NCBI RefSeq assembly: GCF_006345805.1
Contig: NC_042998.1
Coordinates: 88,722,001 to 88,786,000 of the forward strand
Reading direction: 5' to 3'
Source: Octopus sinensis
Taxonomy: Eukaryota
DNA length: 64,000 nucleotides
Positions 26,405 through 37,377 of the stretch are shown piece after piece. The notes under the pieces are model-generated. The model was given only the letters and a program-made list of their open reading frames with translations. It did not search any database and was not told the DNA's origin. A program made the position numbers and the translations under genes. Each line of letters starts with the position of its first letter. Position 1 is the first letter of the stretch.

Positions 26405-29400
26405 TCATCATCATCATCATTATCATCATTTAGCGTCCGTTTTCCATGCTAGCATGGGTTGGACGGTTCTACTGGGGTCTGTGAAGCCAGAAGGCTTCAT
26501 CAGGCCCAGTCAAATCTGGCAGTGTTTCTACGGCTGGATGCCCTTCCTAACGCCAACCACTCCGTGAGTGTAGTGGGTGCTTTTTACGTGCCACCCGCAC
26601 TGGTGCCAGACAGAGCTGGCAAACGGCCACGAACGGATGGTGCTTTTTATGTGCCACCGGCACGAGGGCCAGGCGAGGCTGGCAACGGACACGAAACGGG
26701 GCGGTGCTGGCAACGGTCGCGAAACGGAAAGTTCTCTTACATGCCACCGGCACTGGTAACACATCTGCAATTTCCATTGATCGATTTCCATTGATCGATT
26801 TCGATTCTGATCCTCACTTGCCTCAATGGGTCTTCACAAGCAGAGTTTCGACATGCCACCGGCACTGGTAGCACATCCGCAATTTCCATTGATCGATTTC
26901 GATTCTGATCCTCACTTGCCTCAACACGTCTTCACAAGTAGAGTTTTGTGTCCCAAGAAGGGAAGGTATGCATACGTAGGCTGGCTCCATCCCATGTAGA
27001 AGGCCACGGGTTGTGGACTCACTTGTCCTGCCGGGTCTTCTCGCGCACAGCACACTTCCAGAGGTCTCGGTCTCTAGTCATTTCCTCAGTGAGACCTAAA
27101 GTTCGAAGGTCGTGCTTCACCACCTCGTCCCAGGTTTTCCTGGGTCTGCCTCTTCCACAGGTTCCCTCAACCGCTAGGGTGTGGCACTTTTTCACACAAC
27201 TATCTTCATCCATTCTCGCCACATGACCATACCAGCGCAAACGTCTCTCTTGCACACCACAACTGATGCTTCTTAGGTCCAGCTTTTCTCTCAAGGTACT
27301 TACACTCTGCCGAGTGTGAGTACCGGCATTACACATCCATCGGAGCATACTGGCTTCATTTCTAGCGAGCTTACGCATATCCTCAGCAGTCACGGCCCAT
27401 GTTTCACTGCCATGTAGCATGGCTGTTCGTACACACGCATCATACAGTCTGCCTTTCACTCTGTGCGAGAGGCCTTTTGTCACCAGCAGAGGTAAGAGCT
27501 CTCTGAACTTTGCCCAAGCTATTCTTACTCTAGCAGTTACACTTTCAGCACACCCACCCCCGCTGCTGACTTGGTCACCTAGGTAACGGAAACTATCAAC
27601 TATTTCTAGTTTTTCTCCCTGGAAAGTGACGGAAGTTGGTCTCAGAGCATTTTCAGTGTTTATTGTTCCTGAGCATCTGCCACATACAAAAACCATCTTC
27701 CTAGTTAGCCTTCCTTTGACATTGCTGCATCTCTTATGTGTCCATAGCTTACACTTGGTGCATCTTATAGAGTTTCTACCTACACCTTTTCTACAGATCG
27801 AGCAGGGCCATCTACCTGAAGGTGTTTGTGATTTGTCTACCTTCCTACTGATTACGACTTTGGTTTTAGCTAGATTGACTCTGAGGCCCTTCGATTCTAA
27901 TCCTTGTTTCCACACCTGAAACTTCTCCTCCAGTTCTGATAGCGACTCAGCAATTAGAGCAAGGTCATCAGCATAGAGGAGCTCCCAAGGGCATCCTGTC
28001 TTGAATTCCTCCGTTATTGCCTGGAGGACTATGATAAATAGGAGGGGGCTGAGTACTGAGCCTTGGTGGACCCCTACCTCTACCCGGAATTCTTCACTGT
28101 ACTCATTTCCAACCCTCACCCTACTAGCGGCGTCCCTATACATGGCCCGCACAGCTCTCACTAACCATTCATCTATCCCTAGTTTTCTCATTGCCCACCA
28201 GATAAGGGATCGGGGGACCCTGTCGAAGGCTTTCTCCATGTCAACAAAAGCCAGGTACAGGGGCTTATCTTTGGCTAGGTATTTCTCCTGCAGCTGCCTT
28301 ACCAGGAATATAGCATCAGTAGTACTTTTCCCTGGCACAAACCCAAACTGCATCTCATCTAAACTAACTCTCTCTCTAATTAGTTGGGCTATGACCCTCT
28401 CCGTAACCTTCATCACCTGGTCCAACAGCTTGATACCTCTGTAGTTATTTGTATCTAGGGCATCACCTTTACCTTTGTAGCAGTTGACTATTATACTGCT
28501 ACACCAGTCATTGGGTATGACCCCTTTGTGTATCACCTGATTAACTATATGGGTGACTAGGCTATAGCCGACACTACCAGACATTTTGAGCATCTCTGCA
28601 GTGATTCCTGATGGGCCTGGGGCTTTCCCTGTCTTCATGCTTCTAATTGCCTTAGCTACCACAGAACTATCAACTCGGATAGCTGGTCCCTCTGTTGGGT
28701 CAACATTCGGCAGACTCTCTTTATCCCATTCATTTTCTTCATTCAGCAACCTTTCATAGTGGCATCTCCAAACCTCTCTCTTCGCATCCTCATTTAGCGC
28801 AAGTGAACCATCTTCCATGCAAACACACTTCTCCCCTACCACATCACGATTCTCTCTCACACACTGTCTTGCAACACGAAACACCTCCAGTCTTTGGTCC
28901 TCACGGCGCAGAACATTGGCAAATTTTTTCTTATCTGCTTCCCCTCTGGCTAAATAAACCTGTCTCCTAGCTTCTCTTTTGGCAGTCTGATACAATTCCC
29001 TGCTACCCCCATTTTTCCAGACCTTCCAAGCCTGTCTCTTTTCTCTAATAGCCCTGTCTACAATATTGTTCCACCACCACGTTATTCTAGGTCGAGAGGG
29101 GACTTTGCACCAGCCACAGATCTGGTCAGTGGCTCTCAGCAGGTTGTCCCTTAGAAACGTCCAGCTGTCTTCTACCCCCTGTGATGCTCTATCCCCTTCT
29201 ACTTCGTCAGAGGCTTCAAGTAATATGTCCCTAAATCTCTGTCCATTTGCAGGATCTTTAAGCTTCCAGATCCTTCTTCTCCATATTTGTCGTCTTCTGG
29301 TTGTCCTCCTAGTCCTGATCCTAAAGTCACTAACTACCAGTCTATGTTGTGGGGTACATTCTTCACCTGGGAAGGTTTTGGCATTTATAAGCAGCCATCT

Positions 29401-30208
29401 CTCCCTTTGCCTTGTAAGGATGTAGTCAATTTGGCTGGTATGTTGGCCCGATTGGTAAGTGACTAGGTGGCTGGTAGGTTTCCTGAAGTTAGTGTTGCAA
29501 ATCATAAGATTATTTGCATCGCAGAACTCCAGCAGCCTGGTTCCCTCCTCGTTGCGGGAGCCATAGCCATAGCCTCCATGTACGCCATGGAAGCCCCCAG
29601 CATGTCGTCCAACGTGACCATTGAAGTCACCAGCCACAAAGATAAGGTCTCTGTCGTTCGTCAATGAGGTAGTCTGCAGTAGAGTGTCATAGAATCGGTC
29701 TTTCTGTCCATCGGGTAGCCCCGACTGAGGAGCATAGGCTGATATAATGGTTGCTAAACTATGATGAAGCACTAATCTAATCTTAAGTATTCTGTCACTT
29801 ACTCTGATTACCTCAATTACTTTATCTACCCATTTCTCAGCGATAAGTATACCCACGCCACCAACCCCGTCAGTGTTCCCTGCCCAGAAAATCTTGTACC
29901 TGCGTTCCTTGCCTGTGAGGAACCTAGCTGATCCTCCTCTCCACCTTATTTCTTGCATGCAACATATATCCACACATCTCCGTTCAAGCATCTCGACTAT
30001 CTCACCAGACCTACCTTTCAGAGTGCCAACGTTGAGGGTGCCAACCCTGAGGGTGTGGAAGGCATGGGCTCTAGAGACCCTGGGACGGTGGACAGTAGCT
30101 TCGTGTACCTGAAAAGAAAGCTCGCATTTGGCAGAATTCATGTGCAAGAAATGAAGTAGTAAAGTAGCCTTCAGTACAACCTGCATAACGCTAGCCTTTC
30201 ATATTTTG
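26405..30208 (-). mobile_element. Near full-length RTE-clade LINE (copy 1) with 3'UTR and (GAT)n tail
   Basis: Single intact ORF, ~600-nt 3'UTR and trinucleotide tail at 26405-26430. Only about 22 nt lie upstream of the ATG before a TA tract. Confidence 0.95.
27019..30186 (-). CDS. RTE ORF: AP endonuclease plus reverse transcriptase with internal PHD-type zinc finger (1055 aa)
   Basis: APE motifs TLNVGTL, CMQEIRW, SAYAP, GDFNGHVG, IDYIL, QHRLV. RT motifs KAPGPSG, NYRGIKLL, QFGF, DMEKAFD, GVHQGSVLSP, YADD, FRYLG. RTE C-terminus RLRWYGHV...GRPRKTW. Confidence 0.97.
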   Translation of the reverse strand: MQVVLKATLLLHFLHMNSAKCELSFQVHEATVHRPRVSRAHAFHTLRVGTLNVGTLKGRSGEIVEMLERRCVDICCMQEIRWRGGSARFLTGKERRYKIFWAGNTDGVGGVGILIAEKWVDKVIEVIRVSDRILKIRLVLHHSLATIISAYAPQSGLPDGQKDRFYDTLLQTTSLTNDRDLIFVAGDFNGHVGRHAGGFHGVHGGYGYGSRNEEGTRLLEFCDANNLMICNTNFRKPTSHLVTYQSGQHTSQIDYILTRQRERWLLINAKTFPGEECTPQHRLVVSDFRIRTRRTTRRRQIWRRRIWKLKDPANGQRFRDILLEASDEVEGDRASQGVEDSWTFLRDNLLRATDQICGWCKVPSRPRITWWWNNIVDRAIREKRQAWKVWKNGGSRELYQTAKREARRQVYLARGEADKKKFANVLRREDQRLEVFRVARQCVRENRDVVGEKCVCMEDGSLALNEDAKREVWRCHYERLLNEENEWDKESLPNVDPTEGPAIRVDSSVVAKAIRSMKTGKAPGPSGITAEMLKMSGSVGYSLVTHIVNQVIHKGVIPNDWCSSIIVNCYKGKGDALDTNNYRGIKLLDQVMKVTERVIAQLIRERVSLDEMQFGFVPGKSTTDAIFLVRQLQEKYLAKDKPLYLAFVDMEKAFDRVPRSLIWWAMRKLGIDEWLVRAVRAMYRDAASRVRVGNEYSEEFRVEVGVHQGSVLSPLLFIIVLQAITEEFKTGCPWELLYADDLALIAESLSELEEKFQVWKQGLESKGLRVNLAKTKVVISRKVDKSQTPSGRWPCSICRKGVGRNSIRCTKCKLWTHKRCSNVKGRLTRKMVFVCGRCSGTINTENALRPTSVTFQGEKLEIVDSFRYLGDQVSSGGGCAESVTARVRIAWAKFRELLPLLVTKGLSHRVKGRLYDACVRTAMLHGSETWAVTAEDMRKLARNEASMLRWMCNAGTHTRQSVSTLREKLDLRSISCGVQERRLRWYGHVARMDEDSCVKKCHTLAVEGTCGRGRPRKTWDEVVKHDLRTLGLTEEMTRDRDLWKCAVREKTRQDK

Positions 30209-30305
30209 CACATATATATATGTATATGTATATATATGTATATGTATATGTATATATATGTATATGTATATATATATATATGTATATATATGTATATATA
30301 TGTAT

Positions 30306-32236
30306 TAAAACAGCTGGCTATGTGGGCTATGCCATAGTCACCCGCATTGTAAACCAGGTAGTTCACAATGGAGTCATACCCAATGACTGGTGCAGCAGCA
30401 CCATAGTCAACTGCTACAAGGGTAAGGGTGATGCTCTAGATAGAAATAACTACAGAGGTATCAAACTGTTGGACCAGGTGATGAAGGTCTCAGAGAAGGT
30501 CATAACCAATCTCATTAGGGAGAGAATTTGTTTAGATGAAATGCAGTTCGGTTTTGTACCAGGTAGAAGCACCACTGATGCTATATTCCTGGTCCGACAA
30601 CTGCAGGAGAAGTACCTAGCTAAAGATAAACCCCTCTACATAGCTTTTGTAGACTTGGAGAAAGCCTTTGACAGGGTTCCCCGTTCCCTTATCTGGTGGT
30701 CGATGCGGAAACTAGAGATTGAAGAATGGCTAATAAGGGCTGTACAGGCTCTATACAGAGAGGCTGTCAGCAAGGTTAGGATTGGCAACGAATATAGTGA
30801 AGAATTCCGGGTAGAAGTAGGTGTGCACCAGGGCTCAGCCCTCAGTCCCCTTTTATTCATCATAGTCCTTCAGGCAATAACAGAGGAATTCAAAACAGGA
30901 TGCCCCTGGGAGCTCCTCTATGCCGATGACCTAGCTCTCATAGCAGAATCACTACCGGAACTAGAAGAGAAATTTCGGGTGTGGAAGCAAGGGTTGGAAT
31001 CAAAGGGCCTTAGAATAAATGTAGCAAAGACCAAAGTATTAGTAAGCAGCAAGAGGTACTCAGCACACATCCCCTCGGGTAGGTGGCCCTGCTCAACCTG
31101 TAGGAAAGGTACAGGTAGAAACTCCATAAGATGCACCCAATGTAAGTTATGGACACATAAGAGGTGCAGCAACATTAAAGGGAAATTAACAGATAAGATA
31201 GCTTTCATGTGCGGCAGATGCACAGGGACAATAGACACAACAGACACTCAGAAAACAGATTCCATCACACTCCAGGGAGAGAAACTAGAAGTAGTTGATA
31301 GTTTCCGCTACCTGGGTGACCAAGTTAGTAGCGGAGGTGGATGCACAGAGAGTATCACCACTAGAATACGAATAGCCTGGGCAAAGTTCAGAAAGCTCCT
31401 ACCCCTACTGGCAACAAAAGGTCTCTCCCTCAGAGCAAAAGGTAGATTGTATGATGCATGTGTGCGAACTGCCATGCTTCACGGTAATGAAACATGGGCT
31501 GTGACTGCAGAAGACATGCGTAGACTTGAAAGAAATGAAGCTAGCATGATCCGCTGGATGTGTAGTGTCAGTGTGCACGCAAAACAGAGTGTAAGTATCC
31601 TGAGAGAAATGCTGGATATAAGAAGCATCAGATGTGGTGTGCAAGAGCGACGCTTGCGATGGTATGGTCATGTGCTGCGGATGGATGAAGAGAGATGTGT
31701 GAAGAAGTGCCACTCCCAAACAGTTGAAGGTATCAGGGGGAGAGGTAGACCCAGGAAGACATGGGATGAGGTGGTCAAGCATGACCTCAGAGCATTGGGC
31801 CTCACTGAGGCAATGGCGAAGGACCGAGATCTCTGGAGATATGCTGTGACTACAAAGACCCGGGCTGCTTTCTGCAGCAATTCCACATACCCCCTACCCA
31901 TTCTAAGTACCCCGGATCCCCAAAGTACCCTGGATCCCCAAAGTACCCTGGATCCCCAAAGTACCCCGGACCTCGTTGCCCCCGTGCAGCTGACACGTTA
32001 AAATGCTCGAACCGATCGTGACGATGCCGGACCCTCCGGCCCCTGTGCAGGTGGCACGTAAAAAGCACCCAATCCACTCACGGAGTGGTTGGCGTTAGGA
32101 AGGGCATCCAGCCGTAGAAACTCTGCCAGATTCAGACTGGAGCCTGGAGCGGCCCCTGGCTTCCCAGACCCGGTCGAACCGTCCAACCCGTGCTAGCGCG
32201 GAAAGCGGACGTTAAACGATGATGATGATGATGATG
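30306..32236 (+). mobile_element. 5'-truncated RTE LINE (copy 2, different subfamily); RT frame open about 30306-32001
   Basis: RT motifs as in copy 1. The ORF-track start at 30220 is translated microsatellite. Ends ggacgttaaacgatgatgat. Confidence 0.95.
31905..31971 (+). repeat. 18-bp minisatellite, about 3.7 copies of aagtaccc(t/c)ggatcccca
   Basis: Direct reading. Encodes STPDPQ/STLDPQ in the read-through frame. Confidence 0.9.
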
Positions 32237-32324
32237 ATATGTATATATATGTATATATATGTATATGTATATATATGTATATATATGTATATGTATATAT
32301 ATGTATATATATGTATATGTATAT

Positions 32325-32358
<34 letters not shown>

Positions 32359-32360
32359 AT

Positions 32361-32634
32361 GTCTGCCAGCCTCGTCTGGCACCTGTGTTGGTGGCACATA
32401 AAAAACACCATCCGAGCGTGGCCGTCTGCCAGCCTCGTCTGGCACCTGTGTCGGTGGCACATAAAATCACCCACTACACTCTCGGAGTGGTTGGCGTTAG
32501 GAAGGGCATCCAGCTGTAGAAACACTGCCAGATCTGACTGGCCTGGTGTAGCTTTCGGGCTTGCCAGACCCCAGTTGAACCGTCCAACCCATGCTAGCAT
32601 GGAAAGCGGACGTTAAACGATGATGATGATGATG
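32361..32634 (+). mobile_element. Short RTE 3'UTR-only insertion
   Basis: Two 3'UTR modules, the conserved terminus and (GAT)n, flanked by TA tracts. Confidence 0.9.
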
Positions 32635-32686
32635 TATATATATATGTATATGTATATATATATGTATATATATATATGTATATATG

Positions 32687-32742
<56 letters not shown>

Positions 32743-32805
32743 GTATGTATATATATGTATATGTATGTATATATATATGTATATATATACATATATATAT
32801 ATGTG

Positions 32806-32849
<44 letters not shown>

Positions 32850-32853
32850 ATAC

Positions 32854-32929
<76 letters not shown>

Positions 32930-32982
32930 CTATATATATATATATATATATATCTATATATATATATATATATACTATACAT

Positions 32983-33015
<33 letters not shown>

Positions 33016-33050
33016 CATATATATATATATATTATATATACATATACATA

Positions 33051-33095
<45 letters not shown>

Positions 33096-33098
33096 ACT

Positions 33099-33144
<46 letters not shown>

Positions 33145-33165
33145 AATATATATATATATACATAT

Positions 33166-33198
<33 letters not shown>
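32635..33198. repeat. About 560-bp (TA)n-rich array
   Basis: Direct reading of the sequence. Confidence 0.95.
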
Positions 33199-33202
<4 letters not shown>

Positions 33203-35582
33203 ATCAAAGGAAGAATGGCTTCAAATTTTAAACTCAGGGCATGTATAATTAGTTATAAGTCGAGAAGAAGGCTCTAAACTTCATTAAAGGTACCGAAGGG
33301 TCAGGTGGTGGCATTAAACTTGGTGACAGGTTATTGTATATGTTAAAAGAAATAAACTTATTTTACTTTGTTTTGTCTTTAAAGAATTAAGTTGTCACCA
33401 GCTGTCTGTCTTTTCACCCTGAGACTTACATATTTGTGTAATTTTTTTTCTATTTGTACCTTTTGTGAGGCAAATTTGTGTGACTACAAATGAGTATATG
33501 TAAAACCTTAATATTTGAAAACTAATTGACCAGTTCTGCAAAGAAGATACTTGTTTGTCACCTGCTTTCTGTTCTGTTATTTAAAAATTATCCTTGCAGC
33601 CATGTTCCTCTTGTCTTGTTTTCTGTAAGCCCCCATCACTATGGATTACTGCAAACTTTTGCTAGCATCTGTTTATGTATGAAATTTTCTTTTCTTTTAT
33701 TTGTTATATTAAAGGTTTTTATATTTAGTTTTTAATTTATGTTTATTTTGTATTTAACTTGTAAATTAAATGGGATCTTTTGACAAAATAATTATTGATG
33801 TTATAATAACTACTATAATTTGCTACATTTTCTTTTAATTAATTACTATTGCTCTGCCAAGTGATCACATTCAATATTATTAATGAATTAGCTGGCAAAG
33901 AACAGATTCTTTGCCTGAACCACACCATTGCCATTATTGATTAATTGATCATTCTCTTCTTTCAAATTGATTTATGCATGTTACAAACATATTTTCTAGC
34001 AATTGAAACATTTATTAACAAGACACTATTTTATTGAATCAGATTACTTGAACTAATATTATTACATCATATATCTTCTTTTCTTTATTGTTTTTCATTT
34101 TCTCCTGTTATATTTTCTAGTATCATATTAATATTACTTGTAGATTCTTGATGCAGTAATATTATGATCATTTATAAAGAAATTATTTTTAGTCTCATTT
34201 TTTTGCTTCAAATTTTAAACTTTTGTAAAAAATTTTGCTTTATTTTAATGGGATACTATGATTAGGTTCTCTTTAAATGGTATGTTTTTTTTGTTTGTTT
34301 TTTTGTTTTAATGAAAGCTTGATTATTGATACATTTTTATCTTTTTGAAAACCAATATCATTTACTTGTACTGCTGTAAGACATTGAAGTAAAAGTACAA
34401 TAAGCTATTCAATGTCAGACTATATAGCTTCCCGCTGCTTCTTTCTTACTTTACATTTATTAAAATTGATTTGAAATTTGATGATCTTTGATAATTCTAT
34501 CTTCTATTCTTTGCTATTGGCAAATGGATCAGAATAGAATGGTGAATATTCTAGATTAGAACATCTTCGGTTTGAAGGGCTACATCCCTTATTACCTGAA
34601 ATAATCTAGCAAGTGACAATTAAGAATCCAACAGCAATAGAATTAATTGCATGGAATATAAGATGTGAGATAGTGTGATTATGGAATCTGTTATGATAAA
34701 AGTTTTGTTTGGAGGTTACAAATGATTGGGTTTGGTAACATTATTTGCACAATAATCGGAATAAATTTCCTTGTTTGGACATCGTTCTAGCTGCTGGTTT
34801 CAAATACTTGCATTCAGTTTCTGTCATGCTATCAGACTCATGAAACAAAATGAAATTACTATAAGTAAACAAAAATACAAAATACTATAAGCTATTCTTC
34901 TCTCTCTCACATATAATTAAGTACACAATATATATTTGTGGTGATAGTTTCTCTAATATTGATTTCTTGCTTTGGTACCAGGCAAAATGCTCTGGGAACT
35001 GATTTCCCACTCCACCACCATTATGTTATTAGCATATTATTTTATTGAACCTGAATGCATGAAAAGTTGACATTGACAGAATTTGAATCTGGAACACCAA
35101 AACTAAAATTATATCTTTTATTTTTCTACTGTCCTTACCATTCTCATGTCTACTAGCATCATTGTTGTCACCATCACCATGACCACCATTGTCATCATCA
35201 TTAATGCATTATGCTTTGCAATTTCAATTTTACATTCATTTCCGCTGTTTAGATACATCCTCATTGCTGCTATCTTTTGCATTGTTCTATTCTTATTCAT
35301 GTTCTCCATGATGATTACTTCATTTAAAATGTTCCTTAACCTTCTATTATTCCACTTAACATAGATAGATTTACTTCATATCCATTTACCAGATTGCCAC
35401 AATCTACTCTCAACATACACCTGTATTACCACACTAATTTAAGTGTTTCTTACCAACTTTGCCAGCATAACTGCTTTAACAACTTGTTATGTTTTTGCTC
35501 CATTTTAACATTTATTTTTAATGTTAGCTTGATTAAATGAGTTTGCATATAGATACCTTTCCATTAACACTTACACTTAGGA

Positions 35583-35792
35583 TAGGGTGGTGAGCTGGCA
35601 GAATCAATTCCGTACCAAGCTAGATGCTTAGTGACATTTTGCTTGTCTTTATGTTCTGAGTTCAAATCCTGCTGAAGTTGGCTTTGTTTTTCATCCTGAG
35701 GTTGATGAAATAAGCACAAATTGAGCACTGGGGTCAGTGTAGTTGACTTACACCTCCTCTGAAAATGCTGGCCTTGTGCCAAAATTTGAAAT
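35583..35792 (+). mobile_element. MetaSINE-like SINE
   Basis: ggtggtgagctggcagaatc...ttctgagttcaaatcc...gcactggggtc...gctggccttgtgccaaaatttgaaa. Flanked by a cacttacacttag / tacttacacttag direct repeat, a probable TSD. Confidence 0.8.
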
Positions 35793-36631
35793 AAATACTT
35801 ACACTTAGCCATAGGCTTATGCTTAAATCCACTGTGTATTTTGACACACTCATTAATTCTTCATATCTCTGTTTATTCTACTCCATGATTTAGGTACCAG
35901 ATTCTCTGGAAATTTTATTTATGATAGACTGGTTTTCTGCATGGAGTTGGTATTTATTTCTCATTCTCTTAATTACATAAAACTAGGGTACTACTTTCAT
36001 CAATTCCTTCAAGCTATGAGAAGCATTTACATTATGATATGTACAAATGTTGCATGTAAAAGCCAAAGCTCATCAATGTACATTATCTATTTTCAGCAGT
36101 GAAGATGTATAGTCTAAGCAATAAGGTGTTTGGCTCATGATCAGCTAGTAGAGGTGCATTATTGCTTTGAGCAAGACCATTTATTTAATGCTGCTCCAGT
36201 CTACTCAGTTGCAATGAGTACTAGCTTGGTGTTGGTGCAGCTCCTTCTCCCTCCATCTATTGCATTCTGCATATTATGCTTGGTCAAAGATGAGAAGGCT
36301 GAGAGGATGTCTGTATCTGCTCACAACTGCATAGGCATCTAAAACAATTAGTAAAAGCAGGGTACATGTTACCAAGTCATTCACACATATGTAACTCAAG
36401 TATCATTTATATCTCTGCATAATTGCTTTAGTTATTCATCAATACACTACCTTATAAGCTTGTATTTAGCAAGCTAAAAACAGCTCTGCATATTTTATAT
36501 ATGCGTCATATACCCTAACTTAAATATTTCAAAACAGTTTTGTCTCCTTAGTATCTGCAAGGATAAAACCATCTTCAAAAGAAGGTCAGAGTTAATTTTT
36601 GATTGCTCCCAGAAAAATAAGTATTATGTAA

Positions 36632-37285
36632 CATCATCATCATCATCATTTAATGTCTGTTTTCCATGTTGGCATGGATTGGATGGTTTGACAGAAGCTG
36701 GTCAGCTGAAGAGCTGCTCAAGCTTCATGTCCATTTTGTCATGGTTTCTATGGCCAGACGCCCTTCTGAACACTAACCACTTTACAGCATGTACTGGATG
36801 CTTTTATGCAGAACTGGCATGGATGTATTTGCGTGGCATGAGTATGGATGCTTTTTACGTGACACCGGCACCTACATGCCTGCAAGATTAGGAATGATTA
36901 GCTGGAGAAGGATACAGGGAACAAGCCTGTATGCAAGGGCAACCACACTTTAACTTAGCTTGATGTGTCTTTTCAAGCACAGCAAACCACCAGAAGTATC
37001 AGGTCCCTTGTCATTCCCTCAGTGAATCCCAACATCTGTAGATCCTTTGTCACCACTTCGTCCCATGTCTCCCTGAGTCTACCCCTTCCACATGTTCCCT
37101 CTACAATTAGGAATCAGCACCTCTTACTGCAACTTTCTTCATTCATATGCATTACATGGCCATACCATCATAGTCTTCTCCTTTGCATACTACATCTGAT
37201 GCCTTGTATACACAATTTTTCACTCAAATCGCTTACACTCTGTTGTTGGCAGAGCATACTGGCTTCATCTCTTTGAATCTTTCAC
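36632..37285 (-). mobile_element. Older 5'-truncated RTE copy
   Basis: (CAT)n tail at the left, then the ORF C-terminus with a GRLRETWDEVV motif on the minus strand. Confidence 0.8.
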
Positions 37286-37296
37286 ATATATATATA

Positions 37297-37363
<67 letters not shown>

Positions 37364-37377
37364 ATATGTATATATAT

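Noticed and set aside
29335-29360. APE terminal motif PQH instead of canonical SDH
   Set aside because: xQH variants are common among RTE-clade endonucleases, so this is not evidence of novelty or inactivation.
27626-30159. Plus-strand ORFs overlapping the RTE
   Set aside because: They are antisense shadows of the RTE ORF with no recognisable motifs.
30220-30305. ATG start of the 593-aa ORF
   Set aside because: The first ~28 residues are microsatellite. The element is 5'-truncated within the RT.
32132-33277. Many Y/I/M/C/V-rich ORFs (also near 20600, 26292, 43900, 59100-59680, 60857)
   Set aside because: They are translations of TA/TG microsatellites.
33700-34900. Repeat-poor, TAAT-rich stretch as a possible enhancer or minus-strand terminal exon (also 13680-13860)
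   Set aside because: TAAT motifs and splice-like signals are expected at this AT content. Conservation data would be needed.
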